Virus record (IMG/VR): IMGVR_UViG_3300017778_005313
Span: 1-33,935 of that record
DNA: 33,935 bases
Strand: one strand, 5' to 3'
Source of the DNA: a virus
Lineage: Duplodnaviria; Caudoviricetes
A model generated the notes under the pieces. The model made no database searches and was not told the origin of the DNA. It saw only the letters and a list, made by a program, of their open reading frames with translations. This document shows positions 1 to 10,200 of this stretch, in pieces. The position numbers and the translations under genes were made by a program. Each line of letters begins with the position of its first letter. Within the stretch, counting starts at the first letter, position 1.

Positions 1-207
1 ACGAGGCAGCATATCAGGACCCCGATTCACCTTAAGTGCCCATGCACCCTTGATGAGTTTGTCCTCGACCTCGGGTTTGAATGACCCTTCGATCTTATCT
101 TCAAACCACCGAAGAACGTCCCAGAGATATACGTGAAAGTCAACTACTACGAGTGGCGTTGGGTTGTTGTCAAGTTTGAAGATTGATTCGAGTTTGGGTC
201 GGTTCAT
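1..207 (-). CDS. Partial CDS running off the left edge; possible 5'-3' exonuclease/PIN-FEN-like N-terminus
   Basis: Not in the ORF track. ATG at 207 overlaps the upstream stop (TAATG) and the frame is open to base 1: MNRPKLESIFKLDNNPTPLVVVDFHVYLWDVLRWFEDKIEGSFKPEVEDKLIKGAWALKVNRGPDMLPR. The hydrophobic strand plus Asp (LVVVDF) resembles the first strand of FEN/PIN nucleases; the function is a weak inference. Confidence 0.6.
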   Translation of the reverse strand, partial: MNRPKLESIFKLDNNPTPLVVVDFHVYLWDVLRWFEDKIEGSFKPEVEDKLIKGAWALKVNRGPDMLPR

Positions 208-431
208 TAATCTCTCGGCATCGGCAGGTTACACCAGTGTGTCGGGTGCTGGGTCACTTCGGTTTTGTAGACAGGTTCCCAGCCGTTTCGCGCCGTGAAC
301 TCCCAGATGTCGGGGTATCCGTAGTCGCCTTCGTCAGTCAAGAAGCAGACAACGTACTCGCTGTCCTTCGTCGGATATGCCTCCAGAATCTGCCAGTAGG
401 CATGGACCAAAACTCTACTCAAGGTTGCCAT
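207..431 (-). CDS. Small phage protein, DUF551-like
   Basis: 74 aa; C-terminal PTHWCNLP matches the THW..LP signature of DUF551-type proteins; overlaps both neighbours. Confidence 0.6.
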   Translation of the reverse strand: MATLSRVLVHAYWQILEAYPTKDSEYVVCFLTDEGDYGYPDIWEFTARNGWEPVYKTEVTQHPTHWCNLPMPRD

Positions 432-1131
432 TCTGAAAAATAAGTGCGATTTGACGGTTTTCGGGTTTTGAGGGGTAACCTCTTGACTTTTGCATTCGAA
501 CTAAAGTTGGGGAGCTTCTGACCCCCAACTCGGGATGGTCAGGGTCCATCCACCTTTTCAAGTTGTTGGTGGTTGCTGCGTGAATCCCCACAAGACTCTT
601 TCCTTCGGAGTTTCTCTTAGAGTGCAAACTAGACAGTGTGGCAATGCTTCTTCCTTCCCCGTCTTTTATTGAGTGAAGAGTTGCTGCTGCCTTGACTGCG
701 GTTTTACTTCTTCCTTGGTCGTCCTTGTCTTGATGAAGTGGGACAAGAGTTCTAAGGGCATGGAGACTTCTACCGAACTCATCCTTCTCAGATTGGGTCT
801 TTCTCCCCATCTCACTGAGTTGTTCACGGGGGACATTTGCTCCCACTTTTCGGCACACCTCTAAAGAGAAACCACCACCCCAGTGCTCATTTAGGCAATT
901 CGGGTCATCTATAAAATGCGAGATGATTCGGTTCTCCATTTCTTCTGTTTCTTCTCGAGTCTCAAACCATTCCAAGATTTGAATCTCGTGGTCGTACATT
1001 TTCCAACGCCAAGCATGAGTTTTGGGTGATCCGTAATAGGGTTTGCCGTTATCGGTGTGGACTCCATAGTAAAACCAAGGCATTCCTGGGAATGTCACTT
1101 TATAGGTATAGTGTTTGAGTTCTTTTCTCAT
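415..1131 (-). CDS. Free-standing GIY-YIG (Seg-like) homing endonuclease with C-terminal repeats
   Basis: N-terminal HYTYKVT...FYYGVH...YYGS, a later E..I...N segment (EMENRII...CLN), and four LHxxKDxxGRS-type repeats; lies immediately downstream of thyX. Confidence 0.75.
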   Translation of the reverse strand: MRKELKHYTYKVTFPGMPWFYYGVHTDNGKPYYGSPKTHAWRWKMYDHEIQILEWFETREETEEMENRIISHFIDDPNCLNEHWGGGFSLEVCRKVGANVPREQLSEMGRKTQSEKDEFGRSLHALRTLVPLHQDKDDQGRSKTAVKAAATLHSIKDGEGRSIATLSSLHSKRNSEGKSLVGIHAATTNNLKRWMDPDHPELGVRSSPTLVRMQKSRGYPSKPENRQIALIFQNGNLE

Positions 1132-1133
1132 AC

Positions 1134-1919
1134 CTACAATTTACCCCGGTTAATCTCTTTTAGTGTTGCGAGTTCTGCTTTGAGTTCTTCGATTTCGATG
1201 TCTCGGGGGTCTCGCTCTTGGTTGAAGCAAGACTTGTAGACGGTTGGGAAGACGTTAGCGAAGACAGACTTTGCCGCACGGGCGACTTCGACGTGTTCGT
1301 ATTGAGCAATACCCATATCGTCGCGCACATTAAGGTAGTGTAGCCAAGAGCGACAGCTACCAGTGACGTATATGCGGCTAAAAGTGCCCTGCGGTAAAAC
1401 AAACCTCGCGATTTCCTTCGCGATGCCACGTTTAAGGAGATCATTGTAGGAAAGCTGGGCAACAGTGTAGGCAGAGGACATGGTTGCCCACATGTGGTCA
1501 GTGAGTGCCGGGTCATCTGCAAAGATAGAGTTTTGACGATTCTTCGTGTCTTGCAAACGCGCCTCTTCGGGCATGTAAAACAAGTCATTGAATGAAGATA
1601 GATCCTCAGTGTGCGCCTTCATAGCTTGCTGGTCTTCGTAACGACCGGAAAACTGCTGAAACTTAAAACTGGAATGTCGAAGAAGTTGAATGATAATGGC
1701 AAGAGGAGCAACCACCTCGACCGTCATTGATGCCTGCTCGAACACACTCCAGTGACCGTGTTTCGCACAGTAACGAAGCAACTTTTCGACGTTGGGGTTG
1801 CTCTGGTCTTTTGAAGTGACGCGAGCGATGTAACCCAACATCGCTTCGGGGTCAGGTGTGTGACTGACGAGTCGAACTTTGCTGCTGCCTTCAATGTGCC
1901 AGGGATTGGTGTTGTCCAT
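1134..1919 (-). CDS. thyX: Flavin-dependent thymidylate synthase ThyX
   Basis: YIARVT, HGHWSVFEQ, QLLRHSSFKFQQFSGRY (variant of RHRxxxxxxxSxRY), GIAKEIARFVLP, RSWLHYLNVR...AQYEH. Confidence 0.92.
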   Translation of the reverse strand: MDNTNPWHIEGSSKVRLVSHTPDPEAMLGYIARVTSKDQSNPNVEKLLRYCAKHGHWSVFEQASMTVEVVAPLAIIIQLLRHSSFKFQQFSGRYEDQQAMKAHTEDLSSFNDLFYMPEEARLQDTKNRQNSIFADDPALTDHMWATMSSAYTVAQLSYNDLLKRGIAKEIARFVLPQGTFSRIYVTGSCRSWLHYLNVRDDMGIAQYEHVEVARAAKSVFANVFPTVYKSCFNQERDPRDIEIEELKAELATLKEINRGKL

Positions 1920-2215
1920 CAGTGGTTGTCTCGTGATTCGTCTTCGTTACCCAGTTCCCAAAACTCATCCCAGTGCTTCTCGCAAACCACGGGCTGAGAC
2001 TTCGAGGGTGGGTACCCCTCGTACCGAAGAAATTTGTCAAAGAAATCATCCATCTTATCACGGTCTGCCTCCGAAGTGATCGTCATGCTGCAAGTCGGTT
2101 CATCTGAACCTTCCGGAGGCAAGTAACGAACCTCGTATCGCCCAAACTCAATCATTGTCCCGTATAAGTGATCAACCTCATTGTAGCGAGGGACTCGCAA
2201 AGTAAACTCTTCCAT
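1919..2215 (-). CDS. Hypothetical protein
   Basis: 98-aa ORF; its stop overlaps the thyX start (TGATG at 1919). Confidence 0.7.
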   Translation of the reverse strand: MEEFTLRVPRYNEVDHLYGTMIEFGRYEVRYLPPEGSDEPTCSMTITSEADRDKMDDFFDKFLRYEGYPPSKSQPVVCEKHWDEFWELGNEDESRDNH

Positions 2216-2217
2216 GT

Positions 2218-2838
2218 TCAGAATTTCAGGTCGATGGAGTCTGCTTCCACAGCAGCGGGGTCAAACTTGCTAGCCATCATCTCCATAACCCTGAGCGTCG
2301 AGATGCAGTCAGAGTAGGCATCGTGAGCAGGCAACCCTGAAAGATTGGGCAACTTTTGCCATTTCAACCCTTTCTTCTTCTCGTTCCACTCTCCGCACCA
2401 TCGGGCGTAGTTGTCCATAGCACATGAAGCGCCAGCGATCTTGGGCAGCGCCTGATCGTACTTCTTGAATAGAGACCAGAGTAATGCCACGTCAAAATCC
2501 GCGTTGTAGCAAACAACGTGCTTGTTCTCCAGAACAAACGCGATCATTTTGGCAACTTGGGCGAACACCGGTTGGTTCTGCACCTGTTCGTTGGTGATGC
2601 CGTGAATACCAATCACCACGTCGTCCATTGGTTTGTTTGGCTTCAGGAGCATGCTAAATAGCGGTTTGCCTTTAGTGTCGATGATCGATAGCTGACAAAT
2701 TTCCGTGTCCGGGTCTTTGCTTGGCAACCCCGTTGTCTCTGTGTCGCAGATGACGGTGTTTGCATCGGCCAATCGCTCTAGCGCCCATTTGCTAGCAGCG
2801 TCTTTATGCTGGGCTAATTCTTCAGTGGTCGGTTTCAT
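2218..2838 (-). CDS. DEDDh 3'-5' exonuclease (DnaQ / DNA polymerase III epsilon-like)
   Basis: ExoI DTETTG, IHGIT, ExoII YNADFD, ExoIII HDAYSD. Start moved from 2913 to the in-frame ATG at 2838 (MKPTTEEL) to avoid a long overlap with 2822..3028. Confidence 0.9.
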   Translation of the reverse strand: MKPTTEELAQHKDAASKWALERLADANTVICDTETTGLPSKDPDTEICQLSIIDTKGKPLFSMLLKPNKPMDDVVIGIHGITNEQVQNQPVFAQVAKMIAFVLENKHVVCYNADFDVALLWSLFKKYDQALPKIAGASCAMDNYARWCGEWNEKKKGLKWQKLPNLSGLPAHDAYSDCISTLRVMEMMASKFDPAAVEADSIDLKF

Positions 2839-3028
2839 TGTTCTCAAGTTTGTCTTCAAAGTAGTCATTGGCAATGCGCTCTCGCCACTCGATAATCTTG
2901 GTAAACGTTTCAATCAAGTCGACGGAAAAACCTCGAACTTCGTCGATCCCGTCGGGACCGTCCCACAAGTTAAACCGAAAGTACTCTCTGCCGTTTGCAG
3001 CAAAGTGGTTTGTGATCTCAATTTTCAT
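2822..3028 (-). CDS. Hypothetical protein
   Basis: 68-aa ORF packed into the - strand operon with short overlaps at both ends. Confidence 0.65.
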   Translation of the reverse strand: MKIEITNHFAANGREYFRFNLWDGPDGIDEVRGFSVDLIETFTKIIEWRERIANDYFEDKLENNETDH

Positions 3029-3371
3029 AGCAAATCGGCCTTATACCGTAGTCTTGGTGTCCGAGTAATTTTCTCTCCAGAGATCTCCCCCCCAAGCGGA
3101 GATACTCATAAACCTCTCCTGTGAACCGTATGCGCTCATTTTGAAGGGGCACACGGCCCATCCCCTTAAGCTGCCGTCTAAGCACCCAAAGATGTGATAT
3201 GAACAGAGACTCACCTTCTGGCAAAGGAGTAGCAACAACGTTGACCAGGCAAACTGTGTCCAAATCTCGTCTTTTTTCGTGCTTCTTGAATTGTTTTACA
3301 CGGCCACTCACAGCCACTTGGGTTCCAACCAGAAGCTTTAGATCTTCTCGGCTTCGAATCACTGAGTTCAC
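3018..3371 (-). CDS. Hypothetical protein, possibly OB-fold-like
   Basis: 117 aa, GTG start, basic and beta-strand rich (VSGRVKQF...RIRFTGEVYEY); first gene of the leftward DNA-metabolism block. Confidence 0.6.
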   Translation of the reverse strand: MNSVIRSREDLKLLVGTQVAVSGRVKQFKKHEKRRDLDTVCLVNVVATPLPEGESLFISHLWVLRRQLKGMGRVPLQNERIRFTGEVYEYLRLGGRSLERKLLGHQDYGIRPICYEN

Positions 3372-3400
3372 ATTTCGGCATCACCGTCGGTACCACCGGT

Positions 3401-3406
3401 AGTATA
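3401..3406 (-). promoter_or_regulatory. Possible sigma70-type -10 element (TATACT) for the leftward DNA-metabolism block
   Basis: TATACT on the - strand about 30 nt upstream of the 3371 start, in the divergent intergenic region; no convincing -35 at 17-nt spacing. Confidence 0.3.
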
Positions 3407-3420
3407 GCCCATCGGTATCT

Positions 3421-3428
3421 GGGTAAAG
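3421..3428 (+). promoter_or_regulatory. GGGTAAAG variant of the recurrent upstream motif
   Basis: On the + strand 32 nt before the ATG of the only + strand gene (3461). Confidence 0.55.
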
Positions 3429-3460
3429 TTTGTGTAAGATAGCTAACTTGACCGCAAACC

Positions 3461-4216
3461 ATGGCAACTCTGGGCAAAGAAACGTTCGACCTTAACAAGG
3501 GAGAGTACAACGACAAATTAGGCAGAGTGATTTCCAATCACCGCGTCAATTCACGGTTGATCGGGGAACCCGCCGAGTTCATCCTAAGGTCTTGCCGACT
3601 TACTGAACAGTGGAGCAAACTCGGAGGAGACCCGGAGGCACTAGTTTACCTCAGGAACGTTGACATCGCAGGTGGCCGTAAAGTGAAGATGATCTCCCTT
3701 GAGAGGGGGGGCTCTCGGCAGCCAGTTAGCAAGGCGAAGTTGGTGGATGCTCTGTACCCTGCGAAGAAAATCGCAACCTCGGCGACAGAGGAAGAGAGAC
3801 ACTACAACAAAGTAAAGGTCTCAATGAGGGGTGCTGTCTCGGACCAGCTAAAAGCTTTTCGTAACTCGGTTGAGTTGCCCGTCGTTTGCTACCTTTCCGG
3901 GTTTCACATTCGGAAAGGCGTTAAGGCGGATGTGGACCACGTTGGGATCTCCTTCAGCGAGCTAGCCGACTCTTTTCTTTCTTCGAAGGGCCTAAGGTAC
4001 ACCGACATTGCCCTGGTTGGCCCGGTCACCGCGAAACGATTCAAAGACGCAGTGCTTTGGAGAGAGTGGGGGGAATACCATCTTACGCATGCAAAATATG
4101 CCTTGGTTTGCGCGAGTTCAAACAGGAGTAAGGGGGCAGATGGCTATGAGACTCCGGACTCCTTGTACGGTTCGTTTGCGGCAGAGAGCCCCGAAGACCT
4201 CTCTCTTAACTTCTGA
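3461..4216 (+). CDS. Putative His-Me finger (HNH-like) nuclease-domain protein, DUF3223/DCL-like
   Basis: 251 aa; CYLSG...ADVDHVGISFSEL...F...W.EYH...A.YALVCASSNRSKG gives the DH...N layout of HNH-like nucleases; preceded by its own upstream motif. Confidence 0.55.
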   Translation: MATLGKETFDLNKGEYNDKLGRVISNHRVNSRLIGEPAEFILRSCRLTEQWSKLGGDPEALVYLRNVDIAGGRKVKMISLERGGSRQPVSKAKLVDALYPAKKIATSATEEERHYNKVKVSMRGAVSDQLKAFRNSVELPVVCYLSGFHIRKGVKADVDHVGISFSELADSFLSSKGLRYTDIALVGPVTAKRFKDAVLWREWGEYHLTHAKYALVCASSNRSKGADGYETPDSLYGSFAAESPEDLSLNF

Positions 4217-4287
4217 AGAAAAAGGTTAGGACGTGTGCATGGTTATGGGGCGCGGCAGCTATGGCCGAGGTTGCCGCTGCACCGGGG

Positions 4288-7200
4288 TCAAAACGTGGGA
4301 AAGTTGTCGGTGGGGACAATCGAGCCGTCGCGGGCTTCGCCAAGGGTATAGCGGAAATTGCTTATTCTTCCGGTAATTCCTCGGTAACCTGCGGCGGGAT
4401 TTGGGCCGATAGACATATTCTGGGAAGTTGCTCCCAAATCAGTCCAAGGATAATTGAAATTAAGCTCAAGCGCACCGTTGACGTAGATTTTTAAGTTAGG
4501 GCTAGAGTGTACTATGCTAACGAAATACCAAGTATTAAGTTGCACCTCATTTTCGAGCGCAACCACGCCAACTCCGTAGCGAATGGTAGAATCTTGTATG
4601 TATAGTTGCGATAGGTATTCCCCACCATCAAAAATTACCGTTAATTCGCCTGTGTCAGTAAGGGCGGTCAAGTAAAACCAGACTTCAAGAGTAAAAGCAT
4701 TTACTTCAGAACCAGTGTAGCCAATTGCATATTGAGCACTTGGTGTCATAATAATGCCTGGGCTCGTTCCGTCGAACACCGCGCAGCCGTTACCAAAGGG
4801 GCCTCCCGTGCTGCTCAGTGTTGCGCCGGAGCTGCTTATGGTGTTGGCATTGTTGCTGGCGTCGAAGATAGTGGAAGAGGTGGAGCCGTCGAGGGGGAGG
4901 AGCAGTTCTACAGAAGAGAAGTAGGGGTCGGGATCAAGTAGCGGGGGGCCTTGAGTGGGGAAAGGCTCGGTGGGTGGGGTGAAGTCGGTAATGTAGCGGG
5001 CTACGCCTGTTGTTTCTCTCATGCTGTCAATATACCCAAAGTTTCCGTTACTTCCGGAAAAGTGCCACATTACGCGCAGGGGTAGTGCGCCACTGATCGG
5101 ATACAGTTCCCCTACTTGGTAAAGCACGCCGTTGATAAAGGTTCTAACCGTATTTTCTTGAACCGTCATTGCAAGGTGATACCACTCGCCGAAAACAAAA
5201 GACGCCCCGCCCTCGCCGTTTGTAGCATAATACGGGGGGCCTACGAAGAATCTGCGAGGACCTCCATCGTCACTCAGCGTTAGCCCTACAAGACTTCCGT
5301 TCAGTAGGAAAAGCCACCGATAGCCTGCAATGGGTTCAGTCACTTTCGGTGACCACCAGCACTCCCAAGTCAAGTCACCTATATAAGTTGCATTTGAGAT
5401 GTCCAAATATGACCCCAGGGTATTTACAACTGCTGAGGTGGTTCCAAATTTGCTATTTGCGTCTGTGATCTTTATGTCGCCCGTGGCTACGATAGACCGA
5501 TTAAGCAAGCTAAGGTCGGTAAAGGTTGACCCCCCGACAACTCCGTTTTGCATTTTAAGCAGCAGCGAAACGTAGCCGAAGTGAGGGTCGGGAGGTCGCG
5601 GGCCTTGAGTGGGGAAAGGCTCGGTGGGTGGGGTGAAATTGGATACATAGCGACAAATTCCTTTGGTGTATCTGAACTCATCAATGTAACCGGTGAATGG
5701 AAAGGCAGGACTGTTAAATATAGCACCACCGATTGTCAGTAACCCCTCACTGTCTATTGTGCCCCTAATGCTTGATATGACAATGACGCCATTGATAAAC
5801 ACACGCATACAGCTTTCGCTAGCTGAGTATGCTACTGCAATATGCTGCCAAGACGAGGGGTCAAATACACACTGTTCTGAGTAACTGTAGTCTCCGGAAT
5901 TGCTTCCAAACGTCACTCCGGTACCGAATGCCCATAGACCTAATTGTTCGTCTATCCCGTGTGTCCCTTTGTAGAAGAAATGCCCTGTTCCTTTAGCCCA
6001 GAACTCAATCGTCCCCCCGCCTGTGAATGTAACGTCGCTTCCGTCTGTCTGGATCCAACTAGCAAGTCCTCCCGAGGGTTCAAAGTAGGCGGACGAATTT
6101 CCAAATCTCGATTCGTTTGTTGATATAGTCGCTGATCGCACCGCTGTTACAACTTTTTGGGCAGGACTGCTATCGGTAAACACAGTAGATCCATTTGCGC
6201 CATCCATCTTGAGAAGTAGCTGCACGTTGGCAAAGTAAGGGTCGATCTCGGGCGGAGGGAAGTCCGTTATCAACACTCCGTCGCAGTAAATAGCGTAGGC
6301 GCCGATCGCAGCACCGTTTCCTGCTGTTGTACTGATGCTGGTGATGAAGGCGGGCGCCGGCATGGCGTAGGTAAAGAGAACGGGGGTGCCGCCCCATCCA
6401 CCCGGAGTAGGCCCGGCAAGCCTCACGGAGGTTGTGACACCGTTTACAACCAGGTACCCGGAGTCGGCATCGAGTGCCATGCGTATGGCTAGAGTTGTGT
6501 TGGCCCAAGGCTTGTTGTTAGTACCGAAGATAATGCCGTTCTGCCCTCTTAAAACGGTCTTCGTGTTGGCTAGGCCATTGAATAGGTTACCTAGGTTGAA
6601 GTCTCCGTAGCCTCCGTATGTGGCTCCACCGCCAGGGGCGATTGCGGTAGGGGTGTAAGGGGGTTGTGAGGGGCCTTCAGTAAGGAACGGGGCGGAGGGG
6701 ACAATCGAGCCGTCGCGGGCTAAGCCGAGGGTATAGCGGAAATTGCTCAATCTTCCGGTAAATCTTGGTAAAGTTGAATCGGGGATTTGGCCGAGAGACA
6801 TTTTCTGGGAAGTACTGTTGTAGTACGAACCGTAGTTGGCCACGAGCTGTCCGTCAATAAAGATTTTATTGCTCGTTCCCGACGCATTTATACAAACAAA
6901 GTACCACCTACGGAGTTCCATTCCGGCAAACTGTGCGGTTCCAACGTAGTCAATAACGCCTTCGCTGTTTATCGATAGCGACGTGATCGCTTGAGTCTCA
7001 CCGGTACTGAAGATTGTTGCCCAATCGCCGGGGGCAGGATAGGCGTCGATGCAAACCCATGTTTCAATAGTGTAATGAGCGGAGTTGAATAAATAACTAC
7101 CGTCAACCACACGAAAATTACGGCCAATCACATATTGAGCACTGGGTGTCAGATTAACGCCTTCGCTGATTCCGTTGAACACCACGCAGCCGTTACCGAA

Positions 7201-10200
7201 GGGGCCGCCCGTGCTGCTAACCGTTGCGCCAGAGCTGCTTACGGTGTTGGAAGTGAGACTGGCGTCTACGATCGTGGAGGAGGTTGAGCCGTCAAGGGGA
7301 AGTAGGAGCCGAACCGGGTAGAAGGGGGGATTCTTCAGGAGGGGGGCATCTGAGTCCGTTATCAACACTCCGTCGCAGTAGATAGCGTAAACGCCGGTCA
7401 CAACGCCTACTCCCGAAGTAGTGTTGATAGTCCGAATAAAGTCGGGAGCCGGCATTTGATAGGTGAATAGGGCTGGAATATTACCGCCGCTGTTTAACGT
7501 AGCCTCAAGCCTCAGGGTAGTGATGATCCCGTTCACGACCAAGTAACCGCAATCGGCGTCCAAAGTCATTAGTACCTCAAGTGTCGTGTAGGCGTAGGGT
7601 CTGTTATTTGGCCCAAAGACAATGCCTCCTCGCCCACTTAAACGAGCCTTTATATTAGAGGGACCGTTGAAGGGATTACCCAGGTTGTCATCTCCGGTGC
7701 CTCCGTATGTGGCCCCGCCGAGGGGAGCGATTGCGGTAGGGGTGTAGGGGGGTCGGAGGAAACCATTTCTTACACTGTTTACACGAACGCTGAAGGAGCG
7801 TACACTATGTCTGTTAGTGTGAAGCCCGGTTCTTGCGCTTAAGGCAAATTGCCAGTCGGATTTATCAGCCGCTATATAGGTATACCCGAGATCAAGTTGT
7901 TCTACGATAAGGGTTCCGTCTCTTTCAATAGAAAGAATTCCGTTCTTGTCAACAAAGCAAGTGTAGAGTTGGTAGGCTGAACTAATTACGGGTGTAAAAA
8001 TTGTCGCAATTGCCACAGAATTCATCTTTATTATGATGCGCTGCGGCCCGTTAAACTCGACCAGGCAAATTGCAAGCCCGGGTACTACTATACCGAGCTC
8101 AGCACCCGAACTGATGATAACTCCGTAGTTGAAGCTAGTGCCGTCAGCTCCAGTACCCTCGAACGATCTGTAATAAAAGCTGGCTTCAAAAGCGGTGGGT
8201 GAGTTGGCCAGGAAGTCATACACAAGGTCTCCGCCCTGATACTGCGCAACCGGAGTAAGTACGCACTCGCCACCCGAAATATAGGCACTACCTACCAATG
8301 TCGCGTTGGGGGGTGTACTACTAAAGTCATCGTTTATAAGATAAACCGGAGAACCCTGGGTGGTTGAGAACGGCGCGTGGGGCGGGGTGAAGTTTTCGGT
8401 GTAACGTAAAGTCGGAGCTATTGTGATTCGCACTTCTTCCAAGTTAGCGTGCAAGGAGGGGTGCGCAGCATCCACCATTCTGCCGATGAACAAATTGTTA
8501 ACACCCTCTATAAAGACCCCCGTGCGGGTCATACTGGCTACCCCGTTAACGTAAGCTGTCAGTGTTCCACCCAAGTCTATAGTGAAGGCGAAGTGAGCCC
8601 AAGTGTTTAGCGCTAAAGCTTCAGTTCTCGATCCGAAAGCGTAGTTGTATCGGGTGGTGATGCGTCCATCTTCCTTTATGAGGATGGTCAACCTGGCGGA
8701 AGATTCTGACCCGGATGCACTGAAGTCAAAGAGTGGATCACCTTCCGGGTCGGTTGTCCACGCCCACGGCTGTACCCAGCACTCGTACACAAGGGTGTAC
8801 CCGGAAAAGAGTTGAAAGTTGGGAATGTAAAGACCGTTTAAGGCGCTTTCGCCAGGGAAGGAAAGCGAGCCTGTGTTGAATTTGCTATATGACGTGTCTT
8901 TGGTGACGCCGTTATTATTTATTGTTCTGGCCGTTGGACCGTAGTCTACTACCGTAGTTGAGTCCTGCCTTCCGGTAGGACGTATTAGTGCGAATACGTA
9001 ATTGAAGTAAGGATCTGATGAATATGAGCCAAAGGTGGGGAACGGCCCAGTGGGCACCGTAAAAGGTCGGGCAATGCCTTTTGTAACACGCATAGACCCG
9101 ATTCGACCATTCAATAAGTAGTTATCCTCCTCCACGAGTCTACCGATTTGTACAGAGGCGCCATCTGCGGCAAACGTAGACGCGTAAGGGTAAGTGTTTG
9201 GGGCGACAACTCCGTTGACGGCCAGTCTGTTGATCCCGCTCTCTCTGACCCACTGGATGTGACGGAAAGTGCCGTAGTCATGGGTTTCGTCGGGTTGCCA
9301 AGGGCCGTCTCTGAAGATGCCGAGCGGCGAGTTATTCGGGGACCGGAAGGCTAGAGCAAAGTTGTTAACGTTTGTGTTTGGTCGTGCATCGATCATGCCG
9401 TAGCTGCCCGAGGTAGGCTTAACCCACGCCTCAATCGTGAAATCGTCGTACCTCATGTTCACGAAATTTGTACTATTCACCGTCAACCAGTCGGTAGAGC
9501 CATTTAAGAGTACGGTGGGCTCGCAGAATAAAGTCGAACCCGTGTCCCACTTCGGAGCGCCGTTCCCGGTGATTAACAGTTCGTTACTACTGCGGTCTGT
9601 AAAGGTCGTACTACCGTTTACTTCATTTGTGGGTTGTAGCAACATCGAGACGACGTCGAAGTAAGGGTCGGGTTCCACCGGACTGCGAGTGGGGAACGAC
9701 GCGGTGGGTACGTTAGACGAACAGCGGACGCGGCCAAGCGTCAGACGGAAATCACTCATCAGCCCTTTGAACCGACCGGAGTTTGTACCCGCCAGCTGGC
9801 CTATTACAAAATCGGTCTGCATATCCCAGAAACTTCCGGTGTTGTCGCTTCGCTGAAAGACGCCATCCATGTATGCGGACATAACTCCGGTGGCCTGGAA
9901 CCCGTAAACATGCACAAAAACCCATGTACCCAAGGGCACTTGGTTGGGTGTGCTTACAGTATTATTAAACTGTAGTAGGCCTGCACTATTCACGCGTAGA
10001 TTGTGACGACCCCCGGTGTTGGAGAATATGTAATAGGTTGAACCTTCCTCGGGGTAGTCATATAGGTAAATCCACACCTCCATGGAAAAGTCGTAATCAG
10101 ATAAGATATTTTTATCGCTGGCAGGTAGGGTAATCGGTGGTTCCGTTGTCCCGTAATTCAGCCCGTTGAAACTCGCACAGCCATTTCCGAATGGCCCTCC

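Noticed and set aside
1139-1146. GGGTAAAT upstream of the homing endonuclease as another promoter copy
   Set aside because: Mismatched and only about 7 nt from the ATG, outside the spacing of the other copies; cannot be excluded but is unsupported.
4252-4277. Hairpin between the convergent genes as an intrinsic terminator
   Set aside because: The stem is imperfect on the - strand and there is no adjacent U-tract in either direction.
4288-7330. Diversity-generating retroelement (TR/VR pair) in the adhesin repeats
   Set aside because: Both copies are in-frame parts of one gene, the differences are not confined to adenines, the cores differ by indels, and there is no reverse transcriptase in the window.
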